Origin: Chlamydiales bacterium
GTDB lineage: Bacteria; Chlamydiota; Chlamydiia; Chlamydiales; JBDQID01
Reading direction: 5' to 3'
DNA: 62,412 nt
Assembly: GCA_047611865.1 (NCBI GenBank)
Contig: JBLFWS010000002.1
Span: forward strand, 1 to 62,412
The notes under the pieces were generated by a model. The model was not told where the DNA came from. It saw only the letters and a list, made by a program, of their open reading frames with translations, and did no database searches. The position numbers were made by a program, and so were the translations under genes. Below are positions 1-9,246 of the stretch, piece by piece; the first letter of the stretch is position 1, and every line of letters starts with the position of its first letter.

Positions 1-75
1 CAATTTGTTAGTTTTGGAGGTTTTAAAGCTGATTTTTCAGATAAGATTGCCAGTTCGATGTTTATAAAAAACAGA

Positions 76-1158
76 TTATCTAGTGGGTGGGGGCCAAATT
101 AAGGATTTGCTGGTTTCTACCCAGACCTCGTCATATTCCTTAGGTATTATTAGGAATCGATAATACTCATGCTTTGCTAGCTTACTTTCTAATTCTTCAA
201 AGCTTGTAAAAACTGCTGCCGAGGAGTTCCTTTTCTCTCTTATAGTTTCGCATTTTAAAGGGATAGGATGCTTATATAGATTTTTGTCTGGCAAAGCGAG
301 CAGGATAAATTCCTTATAATATGCCGGAGACTTAAAGGTAATTCGTAATCCTTCGTCTGTATATTCGCCATGATTCAATATTTCAGGTGGCCTACGAGGC
401 AGCGCTTTCATGGGCGATTTTAGATTGTTTCCTGAATCAACGACTCGTACTTTTGCTATTCCAAGGGTATCTTGTACTTGAAGCCAATAGGGATAGTAGC
501 TGGGATAAATATTACTTTCTTCGGGAAGGTAAATTTGAATGAGCTTACCAGCTAAGTCACTACCGTCTTTAGGCCACCGTGTCTTCCAGGCATTAAAGAG
601 TACGTTGTCTATCTTGCCGCCATTGACAATCATTCGAGGGTTCCATATGGAACGTCGATCTAAGTCTCCTGGAGCTGGTGGAGGACCTTGCTTTCGGCGA
701 TTCTTTTTTTCTACAAGTTCAAAAGGTAAAGAGAGAAGTGTCGAAAAGATACTGTCCGTGTCATTAAGTTCCAACCAGCCTTTGCGAGAAAAAGAATAAT
801 ACTCGCGGATTTTTGCACTGGAAAGGTCCACATCGTACATAACCCAAGATGTGTGATGCTCAGCTCCTTCTTTGTACCAATGGTTCCAAGAAGAGGGTCT
901 GCCCTTAGGGAATTTATGAACAGGAACGGTAACTTCTTCAATGATTAAAGAGTCATCTTCCTTAGAGAAAATGTGTAATACTGTAAAAGACTTGTTAAAC
1001 ATTGTGACGATATAATCGCCAGGCCTTGCTTTGCTGAAATTATTTTTTAAAAACATTTCCTGGGATGCACAGAGAAAAGTGGGAGAAAGAAGATGGAGCA
1101 AGGTAATAAGTAAAGTAATGATACACCGCATTATTTGAATACTCCCAAGTAAACTCAC
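76..1158 (-). CDS. Hypothetical secreted protein
   Basis: 360-aa ORF. The hydrophobic N-terminus (IITLLITLLHLLSPTFLCAS) looks like a Sec signal. I recognise no catalytic motif. Confidence 0.55.
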   Translation of the reverse strand: MSLLGSIQIMRCIITLLITLLHLLSPTFLCASQEMFLKNNFSKARPGDYIVTMFNKSFTVLHIFSKEDDSLIIEEVTVPVHKFPKGRPSSWNHWYKEGAEHHTSWVMYDVDLSSAKIREYYSFSRKGWLELNDTDSIFSTLLSLPFELVEKKNRRKQGPPPAPGDLDRRSIWNPRMIVNGGKIDNVLFNAWKTRWPKDGSDLAGKLIQIYLPEESNIYPSYYPYWLQVQDTLGIAKVRVVDSGNNLKSPMKALPRRPPEILNHGEYTDEGLRITFKSPAYYKEFILLALPDKNLYKHPIPLKCETIREKRNSSAAVFTSFEELESKLAKHEYYRFLIIPKEYDEVWVETSKSLIWPPPTR

Positions 1159-1341
1159 ATCATATCTGTTCGCTCAGGTTTTGCGAAACTGAGCTTAAAG
1201 AATAATAAGTTCTGCAGTGAAATTAACCAAGGACTATTCACGGGTAATTGCTAAAAAACTTATTGTGATTCGATTAAATTTCTTTTATCCATGTATACCT
1301 GATTCGGCAGCAAATTTAAAATGAGATGAAGATTATGTTTT

Positions 1342-1716
1342 TTGGAAAAACTGAAATGTCCCTCAGGGGAGGCCGTTATAACTACAGCTGGGGAGATGCG
1401 GGCAAAGAATGTTGTTCACACTGTTGGGCCTGTTTGGCAAGGAGGTCAAAGGGGGGAGGCTGAAATATTGCGCAGGGCGTATGTGAATAGTTTGAGGCTG
1501 GCAGATCAGCATGGAGCTAAGTCTATTGCGTTTCCTTCGATTAGTACTGGGGTCTATGCTTACCCTATGGAGCAGGCTGTACTTGTGGCAATTGAGGCAA
1601 TTCGAGAGTTTGTACAGAGCAATTTTAATATTAAAGAAGTACGTTTCATAGTATTTTCTGATCATGACTTTAGGTTTTTTGAACAGGCCCTTACAGAAAT
1701 AAAGAGTAATGGATGA
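1342..1716 (+). CDS. Macro (ADP-ribose-binding) domain protein, C-terminal two-thirds only; possible gene remnant
   Basis: CPSGEAVITTAG...VVHTVGPVWQGG...SIAFPSISTGVYAYP aligns with YmdB-type macro domains from about residue 58 onward. The frame is closed by TGA at 1327-1329. The only available start is TTG at 1342. The stop overlaps the next gene's start (ATGA at 1713-1716). Confidence 0.6.
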   Translation: MEKLKCPSGEAVITTAGEMRAKNVVHTVGPVWQGGQRGEAEILRRAYVNSLRLADQHGAKSIAFPSISTGVYAYPMEQAVLVAIEAIREFVQSNFNIKEVRFIVFSDHDFRFFEQALTEIKSNG

Positions 1717-2837
1717 AAATAGTAATAGCTCCTCAAAGTTTTAAAGAAACCCTATCGGCGTTGGAAGTAGCACACGCAATTGAAGCAGGAGTGCGCTTAT
1801 CTATTCCCAAAGCAGAGATTATTATCTCTCCTGTTGCTGATGGAGGGGATGGTACCTTGGAGGTCTTACTAAACAGCCTTGGAGGCGAAAGAAAAAATCT
1901 TTTCGTAAGTGGACCAAGAGGAGGTAAACTTTCTTCTTCCTGGGGGCTTAGTGAAGGCGGTAAGTTGGCAATTATTGAATCTGCGAACTCTATCGGAATA
2001 GCCCTTGTACCAGTAAAGACAAGAAATCCAATGCTGACAAGTTCTTTTGCTTTGGGAGAGATGATTCAAGCTGCCTTGGATGAAGGGTGTCGAAAATTTA
2101 TCATTGGAATAGGGGGGACCTCTACTAATGATGGGGGGGGAGGGATGGCTCAAGCGTTGGGGGCTCGTTTTTTAGATGGCATGGGAAAAGATTTGTCCTT
2201 AGGTGGAGAGGCTCTTTTGGATCTCGCCACCATTGATATGTCTAACTTTGATCCACGAGTTGAAGAATCGGAATTTCTTATAGCTTGTGATGTACAGATC
2301 CCTCTCACAGGAAAGGAAGGAGCAACAGCAATTTTTGGAGCTCAAAAGGGTGCAACGAAGGAAATGATTAAAAAATTAGAGACCTCTTTGATTCATTACT
2401 CAGAAGTCATTAAAAGAGATTTAGGGGTGCTCATTGATGGGAAGCCTTGGACTGGAGCTGGTGGGGGTCTTGGAGGGGGTTGCCATGCTTTTCTCAAAGG
2501 GGAATTAAAATCTGGTATAGAGGTGGTCTTGAATAGTATTGGATTTAACAGCAAGCTGGATAATGCAGATTTAGTCATTACTGGAGAGGGGTGTATTGAT
2601 AATCAAACGGCATATTTTAAAGCTCCTATGGGTGTTGCAAAAAGATCAGAGGAGAGAGGTATTCCTGTGGTAGCTATTGTAGGGACCATAGGAGAGGGGT
2701 ATGAAGAGGTTTTTAATCATGGAATTAAAGCTCTGGCTTCTACACCATCTTCCTACATTAACGATGCTTTTGGATCTGTTGTTATGGCAACAAAAGAAGC
2801 TCTTAGGTGGACTACACTATCATTGGATATTACATAA
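1713..2837 (+). CDS. glxK: Glycerate kinase family protein
   Basis: 374 aa. The N-terminus MKIVIAPQSFKETLSA and glycine-rich segments (GIGGTSTNDGGGG, GAGGGLGGG) are typical of the glycerate kinase family. Confidence 0.8.
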   Translation: MKIVIAPQSFKETLSALEVAHAIEAGVRLSIPKAEIIISPVADGGDGTLEVLLNSLGGERKNLFVSGPRGGKLSSSWGLSEGGKLAIIESANSIGIALVPVKTRNPMLTSSFALGEMIQAALDEGCRKFIIGIGGTSTNDGGGGMAQALGARFLDGMGKDLSLGGEALLDLATIDMSNFDPRVEESEFLIACDVQIPLTGKEGATAIFGAQKGATKEMIKKLETSLIHYSEVIKRDLGVLIDGKPWTGAGGGLGGGCHAFLKGELKSGIEVVLNSIGFNSKLDNADLVITGEGCIDNQTAYFKAPMGVAKRSEERGIPVVAIVGTIGEGYEEVFNHGIKALASTPSSYINDAFGSVVMATKEALRWTTLSLDIT

Positions 2838-2871
2838 ATTATTGAAAAACTCAAATTTCGACAGGAGAAAA

Positions 2872-3285
2872 ATGAATAATCAGATCATGAAACTTGTATT
2901 TCTATCCATTTTCTTTGGACTATTCTCACCGATTCACGCTCATATGCTGACTGATGGTTCTAAACATATGGAAAATGAAACCATTAATATAAACGATCAA
3001 GTCCCAATTGAAGAGATGATGAAGCAAATTAATGAAGAAATTGAAAATTTGGAAAAAGAGATAGAAAGAAAATTACTTTGGATAAAGCGAACACACCGTG
3101 AGTCTGATCGTTTGGAGTATACGGATTTTAGTTCTTCACGCCGAAAGAGATCTCAGGCACATCGTGAAGAAGAAGTTGTAGCGAATCTCAAGCGAAAAGT
3201 AGAGAATCTGAAAGCAAAAAAGATGTCACTTGTAAAACAAGAAGTCCCGGAAAGTAATGAAAATGTGGGAGAAGGCAAAAAGTGA
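2872..3285 (+). CDS. Small secreted coiled-coil protein, function unknown
   Basis: ATG at 2872 is preceded by AGGAG at 2863-2867. It has a signal-like N-terminus (MKLVFLSIFFGLFSPIHA) followed by charged heptad-like sequence. Its stop overlaps the pncB start (GTGA). Confidence 0.55.
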   Translation: MNNQIMKLVFLSIFFGLFSPIHAHMLTDGSKHMENETININDQVPIEEMMKQINEEIENLEKEIERKLLWIKRTHRESDRLEYTDFSSSRRKRSQAHREEEVVANLKRKVENLKAKKMSLVKQEVPESNENVGEGKK

Positions 3286-4781
3286 AGTCTTTTTTAAAAA
3301 CCTCTTCTCTAGCTCTCTTGACAGACTTATATGAATTAACAATGTCATATGGTTATTGGAAAGAAGGACTACAGGATAAAGAAACAGTTTTCCATCTATT
3401 TTTTAGAAGGCCCCCCTTTGGTGGCGGTTTTACCATTGCTGCAGGTCTTGAAGAGTTAGTACATTACCTCGAGAACTTTCATTTCGACTCCTCGGATATT
3501 TCCTACCTTGAAACACTAGTAGGTAGTGATGGAACTCCTCTTTTTGAAAGAAAATTTCTAGAGTATCTGTTGCAGATGACTTTTACTTGCGATGTGGATG
3601 CTGTTCCCGAAGGGACGGTTGTATTTCCTCATGAACCATTGCTGCGTATACAGGGGTCTATTATTCAGTGTCAGATTCTGGAAAGCGCTATTTTGAATCA
3701 TATTAATTTTGCCTCTCTGATAGCGACAAAATCTGCGCGGATATGTCTGGCAGCAAAGGGGGATGAGGTTTTGGAGTTTGGTCTCCGGCGGGCTCAAGGA
3801 ATGGACGGAGCAATGACTGCTAGTAGGTCGGCCTTTATCGGAGGTTGTTCAGGTACATCGAATGCTTTGGCTGGAAAAATCTATGGAATCCCCGTGAAGG
3901 GGACTCATGCTCATAGCTGGGTGATGATCTTTGATGATGAGCTCGAATCTTTTGAGGCATATGCCAGAAGTCTGCCTAACAATTGTGTTTTTTTGGTGGA
4001 TACTTACAACACTCTTGAAGCTGTAAAAAAAGTAATCAAAGTTGGCAAAAAACTTAAAGAATCAGGCAAAAAACTTTTGGGAATACGCCTTGATTCAGGT
4101 GATCTTGCCTACCTTAGTGTAGAGTGTAGAAAGCTGCTTGACGAAGCTGGTTTCCATGATACTGCAATTGTAGCTAGTAATGAACTTGATGAAACAATCA
4201 TTAGTGATTTGAAAAGCCAAGGGGCCCAAATTTCTATTTGGGGGGTGGGAACAAATTTAGTTACTGCTCGGGATAATCCTGCTTTAGACGGTGTGTATAA
4301 GCTTTCTGCAGTAAGAGATCCAGGAGGTGAGTGGAAATATAAATTAAAACTCTCAGAACAAATGGTAAAAGTATCTAACCCGGGAATTTTACAGGTAAGA
4401 CGCTATTCTATGGATGGAGAAAATCGAGCCGACGTCCTTTACGATGTGCCCACAGGCCTATCAAAAACCCGTACAATTATTGATCCTCTTGATGCTACAA
4501 GGATGAAAAATCTACCTCATGAAATGGAATATGAAGATTTACTTTGTCCTATTTTTAGGGAAGGTAAACGAGTATATAAATTGCCCGAATTAGGAGAGAT
4601 AAGAGAAAAAGTTCAGGACGAGTTAGCTAGGTTTCATTCTGGTGTTAAGCGTTTTATTAACCCTCACCAATATGTTGTTGGCTTTGACGAGGCGTTCTAT
4701 GAAATGAAAATAGACCTTATTAAAAAAGTACGTAGCTTGAATCACAATTCGAAAAATGAAGAACCGGGAAAGATAATATGA
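3282..4781 (+). CDS. pncB: Nicotinate phosphoribosyltransferase
   Basis: 499 aa. LLTDLYELTMSYGYW, GTHAHSW and GIRLDSGDL are characteristic NAPRTase motifs. Confidence 0.85.
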   Translation: MKSFLKTSSLALLTDLYELTMSYGYWKEGLQDKETVFHLFFRRPPFGGGFTIAAGLEELVHYLENFHFDSSDISYLETLVGSDGTPLFERKFLEYLLQMTFTCDVDAVPEGTVVFPHEPLLRIQGSIIQCQILESAILNHINFASLIATKSARICLAAKGDEVLEFGLRRAQGMDGAMTASRSAFIGGCSGTSNALAGKIYGIPVKGTHAHSWVMIFDDELESFEAYARSLPNNCVFLVDTYNTLEAVKKVIKVGKKLKESGKKLLGIRLDSGDLAYLSVECRKLLDEAGFHDTAIVASNELDETIISDLKSQGAQISIWGVGTNLVTARDNPALDGVYKLSAVRDPGGEWKYKLKLSEQMVKVSNPGILQVRRYSMDGENRADVLYDVPTGLSKTRTIIDPLDATRMKNLPHEMEYEDLLCPIFREGKRVYKLPELGEIREKVQDELARFHSGVKRFINPHQYVVGFDEAFYEMKIDLIKKVRSLNHNSKNEEPGKII

Positions 4782-5398
4782 CAGCGCTTCTTATAATTGA
4801 TGTGCAGAATGATTTTACCCCCGGAGGAGCACTTGCTGTTGCAGAAGGAGATGAAGTTATATCATTGATTAACGAACTTCAGAAAAAGTTTGATTTCGTT
4901 GTGGCAACTCAGGACTGGCACCCCTCAAATCATGGAAGCTTCGCAGCCACTCATAAGAAAAAAAATGGAGAGGTGATAGAGCTCGAAGGACTCGATCAAA
5001 TATTGTGGCCTACACACTGTGTTCAAGGTAGTAAAGGTGCGGAATTTCACCCGGATTTGGAAATATCGAAAATTCGCAAAGTATTTCAAAAGGGGCAAGA
5101 TGTCAAGTCAGACAGCTACAGTGGATTTTTTGATAATGCTAAGAAAAAAGATACGGGACTTGGTGACTATCTTAAAGAGCAAGGTATTACAGAAGTAGTT
5201 GTAGTTGGGTTGGCAACAGACTATTGCGTAAAATTTACTGTCCTTGATGCACTGGATCTTGGGTTTAAAACAACACTTGTCTTAGATGCTTGTCGGGGTG
5301 TAGACCTTAATCAGGGTGATGTACAGAAAGCTCTGGAGATTATGGAGCGAAAGGGGGCAAAGATTATTAATTCAGACAACTTGGTATTTCTTTCCTAA
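4778..5398 (+). CDS. pncA: Nicotinamidase / pyrazinamidase
   Basis: 206 aa. It has LLIIDVQNDF, QDWHPSNH (metal site) and GLATDYCV (catalytic Cys). The start overlaps the pncB stop (ATGA). Confidence 0.85.
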   Translation: MTALLIIDVQNDFTPGGALAVAEGDEVISLINELQKKFDFVVATQDWHPSNHGSFAATHKKKNGEVIELEGLDQILWPTHCVQGSKGAEFHPDLEISKIRKVFQKGQDVKSDSYSGFFDNAKKKDTGLGDYLKEQGITEVVVVGLATDYCVKFTVLDALDLGFKTTLVLDACRGVDLNQGDVQKALEIMERKGAKIINSDNLVFLS

Positions 5399-5473
5399 TT
5401 TAATTATGGGAGTAAGCACACTCCTTGGAGTGTGGGGCGGATCTCCTCCCAACAGCAAATTTCTGATGTTCTA

Positions 5474-7030
5474 CTACAGCAGCAAAAATGCTGCTGCCAT
5501 AATTAAAGTGGGAATGAGAGCACCTAGTAGCAATCCTCCTGGTGAAATACTTCCTCCAAAACTTCCTCTCAGAACAAGCTGTCCAACTGGATTGGGAGCA
5601 TTCGCAATGACTGTAAGACCTCCACCGGTTACTGCTCCCGCAACGACAGCATATTTCAGGGTATCTGAAAAATCAGGTACTAAAGTGGCCAGATAGGTAA
5701 TAATGGCGTTGTCATTAACGGCTGTCAGTACTATCGCTGCACCCATCAAAGATTCTTCACCTAACATGGATAAGGTTGGTGAGATCCACCACTTCTGTAA
5801 ACCTCCATGGATCATTAGACCGGCAAGGAAAAACCCAACGAGAAGAGGGTTTTTTAATTGTATGTTTGCTTGATGAGGGCGGGTGGCTTGGTGGAAACCG
5901 ATAAACAAGAAAAAGGATCCAATAAATATTACTGGATGGTGAGCGTTTATAACTACCCATAAGAGTAAAAGAACGTGGATTATGGTAATTCCAATAGGAA
6001 TAGGAGTTTTTCTCTCTATATCTTTTTCTTCTTCTATTTCTATTTTTACTTTTTCTAAGCCTGCGAACTCTTTATGGAATATCCAGAAATACAGTAGGGT
6101 GGAAGTAAAAATTCCAATGACGGACTTCCATCCAAAGTTTGTGAGCATGAACATACTGCCCCAGCCCCAGGCTCTAGCAACCATTAGGACCGGAGGAGCC
6201 GCAAAATTTGTCAAAACACCACCAACCGAAATATTAACAAATAAAAGGCCTAGAGTAGCATAGGCAAAGGTAGTACTTGGCTTATATTTGTAAAATTGCT
6301 TAAGCAAAAGAAACGATGCGATGGTCATTGCTGCGGGTTCTGTAATTAATGAGCCTAGAAGTGGGGTGATAGTAAGGAGTGTAAACCACCAGGCGGCTGC
6401 AGTGTTTTTTCCTAATCGTGCAACAATTCTAAGAGAACTTTCAACTAATTGAAGGATGGGCCTGGTTTCTGCTAAAGTCATAATTACAATGACAAACATG
6501 GGTTCTGTAAAGCTTGTGTTGTTAAGATAGGAAACAGCTGTATCCCAGTCAAAAAAAGTGAAAATAGCCACAGTTAGGGGAATGACCCAGATGCCGAATA
6601 TAACTTCAACTTCACCGAGAAAGTAGGTGATCTCTGCACTAAAGCTTATTAAAGGAGCATCGTGCTCAAGGTTTTCTTCTCCGTTAATAAATTTCTCAGC
6701 AAGTTTTTCATTATGTCTTTCTTCCATCCGCTTAGACAATTTTTTGATCATATTCGCACAGAGAGTGTGAGTAATTGCGAGGACGAAGATAATGGCCGAT
6801 ACTAGATTGAAAGGTTCTTTCTCTACTCGATTCTTAAGGATTTTTGTAATGTCGGTGAAGTGCGCATCGTTGTATTCTTCTACAGGTCGAGGAAAATTCT
6901 CAGGGCTTACGTCAGAAGGGGAGGCCTCTAATGAACCACTGGTTGTACAAAACAGGAGGAATACAAGGGCCAGTGTGCCTTTATATTTTGACAGATAGAG
7001 AGCTAAGCTAAATAAAGTAGGGTTTCTCAT
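5474..7030 (-). CDS. Polytopic membrane protein, possibly a DUF1504 / putative Na+/H+ antiporter-like transporter
   Basis: 518 aa with at least 10 hydrophobic segments and an N-terminal signal or anchor. The family assignment is from memory only and is weak. Confidence 0.6.
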   Translation of the reverse strand: MRNPTLFSLALYLSKYKGTLALVFLLFCTTSGSLEASPSDVSPENFPRPVEEYNDAHFTDITKILKNRVEKEPFNLVSAIIFVLAITHTLCANMIKKLSKRMEERHNEKLAEKFINGEENLEHDAPLISFSAEITYFLGEVEVIFGIWVIPLTVAIFTFFDWDTAVSYLNNTSFTEPMFVIVIMTLAETRPILQLVESSLRIVARLGKNTAAAWWFTLLTITPLLGSLITEPAAMTIASFLLLKQFYKYKPSTTFAYATLGLLFVNISVGGVLTNFAAPPVLMVARAWGWGSMFMLTNFGWKSVIGIFTSTLLYFWIFHKEFAGLEKVKIEIEEEKDIERKTPIPIGITIIHVLLLLWVVINAHHPVIFIGSFFLFIGFHQATRPHQANIQLKNPLLVGFFLAGLMIHGGLQKWWISPTLSMLGEESLMGAAIVLTAVNDNAIITYLATLVPDFSDTLKYAVVAGAVTGGGLTVIANAPNPVGQLVLRGSFGGSISPGGLLLGALIPTLIMAAAFLLL

Positions 7031-7115
7031 TTTAAAATAATTTGACTTAGTATGGGTTTGAATATCGCCTCCAACTTAGGCAATCAAGATTTTTTTGTAT
7101 AGGATCTTCCGTGCT

Positions 7116-7394
7116 CTATGGAAGGGATTTTTCTATTTCTTTTTTCGTTGATCCTTCCAGTAAAATTTGTTTGTGGCGGCTAGTATCTCCTCGAAGTAAG
7201 ATAATCCTGGATTTTGGCAATTTGAAAGTTTTGGAAAGAAACTTAATAAGTTCCGCATTTGCAGCTCCTTTTTCAGGGACTGCGTTGAGGCGAACCTTTA
7301 GTTCATCATTTTCCCATCCGGTAATGAGATTTTTTCCAGACTTGGGAGTTACTTTTACTAAAATAATTACGCCTTTTGGATGTTCCTTAAGCAT
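7116..7394 (-). CDS. DUF167 (YggU/UPF0235) family protein
   Basis: 92 aa. VKVTPKSGKN...LKVRLNAVPEKGAANAELIKFLSK...I..G.TSR.K matches the YggU-type pattern. Confidence 0.75.
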   Translation of the reverse strand: MLKEHPKGVIILVKVTPKSGKNLITGWENDELKVRLNAVPEKGAANAELIKFLSKTFKLPKSRIILLRGDTSRHKQILLEGSTKKEIEKSLP

Positions 7395-7639
7395 AAAGAA
7401 GCTCCTTCTTTTGGCTGGGACGTAATGAGAAATTTAGATGAAAGAGGGAAAAAAGTGTATTTCTAGATGATTTAAGTGGAATTTAGCTGTTTGCTTGTGC
7501 ATTAGCCTGTTACAAACATATATTAAAATTAAATTTTAAAGCACATAGGATCAGCGGCCTTTTCATAGAACTGGCTTTACAATTAAGCTACTTTACGACA
7601 CAATCTTGAGGTAAAATCTTAGGATATTTTTTGAAAGAG

Positions 7640-7713
7640 TGGGGCAAGAGGGACTTGAACCCCCGACCAACGGATTATGAGTCCGTTGCTCTAACCAACT
7701 GAGCTATTGCCCC
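7640..7713 (-). tRNA. tRNA with CAU anticodon (elongator Met, or Ile2 if lysidinylated)
   Basis: The reverse complement folds as a 74-nt cloverleaf: GGGGCAA/TTGCCCC acceptor, GCTC/GAGC D stem, ACGGA-CTCATAA-TCCGT anticodon arm and TTCAAGT T loop. No CCA is encoded. Confidence 0.9.
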
Positions 7714-7805
7714 GAAAAAGAATGTGTGAAGATAGCAGCTATCTTCTGAGAAATCAAGGGTTTTCCTTCATCTAAACGATAGTTTATTTCCGTAAGGTGT
7801 AAAAA

Positions 7806-9047
7806 GTGCATAACGCTGACCACGCATCAAAGACAACACGGGCCGCAGTAATTTGGACAGGTGTCCTATCTGAACCCCTCATGACAGTGTATACTTTGCT
7901 ACCTTTTGTCCTTCGTAAAGAATTGGGAGCTACCACCGAGCAGCTGGCCATTTTGATGATGTTGAAGCCTGTGGTTTCGATCATTTCTCTTTATTGGAGC
8001 TATGCGATTAACGAAAGAAGAGACAAACTTCTCTCAAATGTAGTTTGGGCTGGTATTTTGAGTCGCCTCCCCTTTCTTCTTTTCCCTTTTCTTACAAATA
8101 TCTGGGCTTTTATAGGGTGTGCGGCTTTCCATACTATGATGGTAAGGGGAGGGGTTCCTGCGTGGCTTGAAATATTGAAGTTAAACCTTGCTTCTAGAGA
8201 ACGAGGAAAAGTGTTCTCTTTAGGAGCAAGTATTGGCTATCTCGAAGGAGTGGTTTTAGCCATAGCTTTTGGGGTAATTCTGGATAATGAGAGCCAAATT
8301 TGGCGGTGGCTATTTCCTATTTCATCTGCCATCGGCATTATTGGAGTACTTCTACAGTCTCGTATTCCTATCAAATTGGAAAAGATTCCTATGCGTTACC
8401 AGGTTAAAGGAGGGTCTTTTTGGCAAAAAATTCTTGATCCATGGAAAAGTGCCTGGTCATTAATGGAAAAACGTCCCGATTTTTACCGCTTTCAGTTAGG
8501 CTTCATGATCTGTGGTTTTGGCCTCATGCTTATACAACCGGTTTTGCCCGTCTTGTTTGTAGATATTCTAAATCTTTCCTATTCTGAAATGCTTATTGTC
8601 CTTTCTATTTGCAGAGGAATAGGATATGCTAGTACAGCTTCTTTCTGGGCGCGACTAATCAATAAAATGAATATTTATAAGTTTACTAGCGTGATTTTTT
8701 TTGTAGTTAGTGCTTACGGAGGCTTGCTTATTCTTGCTCCTGTGAACATATTTTTTTTATATGTGGCATTTTTTATTTATGGTATAGCATTGGCGGGTAA
8801 TCACTTATCGTGGAATCTCTCAGGGCCTATATTTGCCACGAGAGAAGACAGTTCTTTGTACACGAGTGTTAATGTAGCGACTGTAGGTCTTAGAGGTTGC
8901 ATAGCCCCATATTTAGGCGGAACTTTGTGCTTAATGATTGGTCCTGTGGCAGTCATTGGAATCGGAATGATTCTTTGTGCCTTTGCAGGTGTGAAAATGT
9001 ATTCGTGGAGCAAACCCTCTATTGTCTCACAAGAGCATATCGCCTAA
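7806..9047 (+). CDS. MFS-type transporter
   Basis: 413 aa with about 12 hydrophobic helices in a 6+6 layout around a central loop. The start (GTG at 7806) is uncertain. Confidence 0.65.
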   Translation: MHNADHASKTTRAAVIWTGVLSEPLMTVYTLLPFVLRKELGATTEQLAILMMLKPVVSIISLYWSYAINERRDKLLSNVVWAGILSRLPFLLFPFLTNIWAFIGCAAFHTMMVRGGVPAWLEILKLNLASRERGKVFSLGASIGYLEGVVLAIAFGVILDNESQIWRWLFPISSAIGIIGVLLQSRIPIKLEKIPMRYQVKGGSFWQKILDPWKSAWSLMEKRPDFYRFQLGFMICGFGLMLIQPVLPVLFVDILNLSYSEMLIVLSICRGIGYASTASFWARLINKMNIYKFTSVIFFVVSAYGGLLILAPVNIFFLYVAFFIYGIALAGNHLSWNLSGPIFATREDSSLYTSVNVATVGLRGCIAPYLGGTLCLMIGPVAVIGIGMILCAFAGVKMYSWSKPSIVSQEHIA

Positions 9048-9246
9048 TTATTATAGTGAATTAAAATTTTCTTCTTCGGATTTATCGATCGGCATCGTTC
9101 TTGCATAACTTTTTCTGAAATAAACATATGCTTGCAATAAACGGAGTTCGGCAAGAGATTTCAAATTTATTAGGGGCAAAGTATAGAAAAGTCCTTAAGG
9201 AATTCGTTAGACCTCTGTTGCATAAACAAATAAAGACATTGATGTA

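Noticed and set aside
1199-1329. Possible remnant of the missing macro-domain N-terminus (..DSAANLK* in another frame upstream)
   Set aside because: Only an AAN tripeptide matches. The spacing to the retained part is about 70 nt too short, and nothing resembles the GGGVDGAIH loop. It is not distinguishable from chance.
2701-2871. N-terminal extension of the small secreted protein ORF (track start at 2701)
   Set aside because: The extension overlaps the 3-prime end of glxK in another frame. ATG at 2872, with AGGAG upstream and a signal peptide immediately after it, is the sensible start.
5316-5696. 126-aa plus-strand ORF spanning the pncA end and the opposite-strand membrane protein
   Set aside because: It is a shadow ORF of the 518-aa membrane protein's coding region with Pro/Gly-rich nonsense composition. 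The convergent genes account for the DNA.
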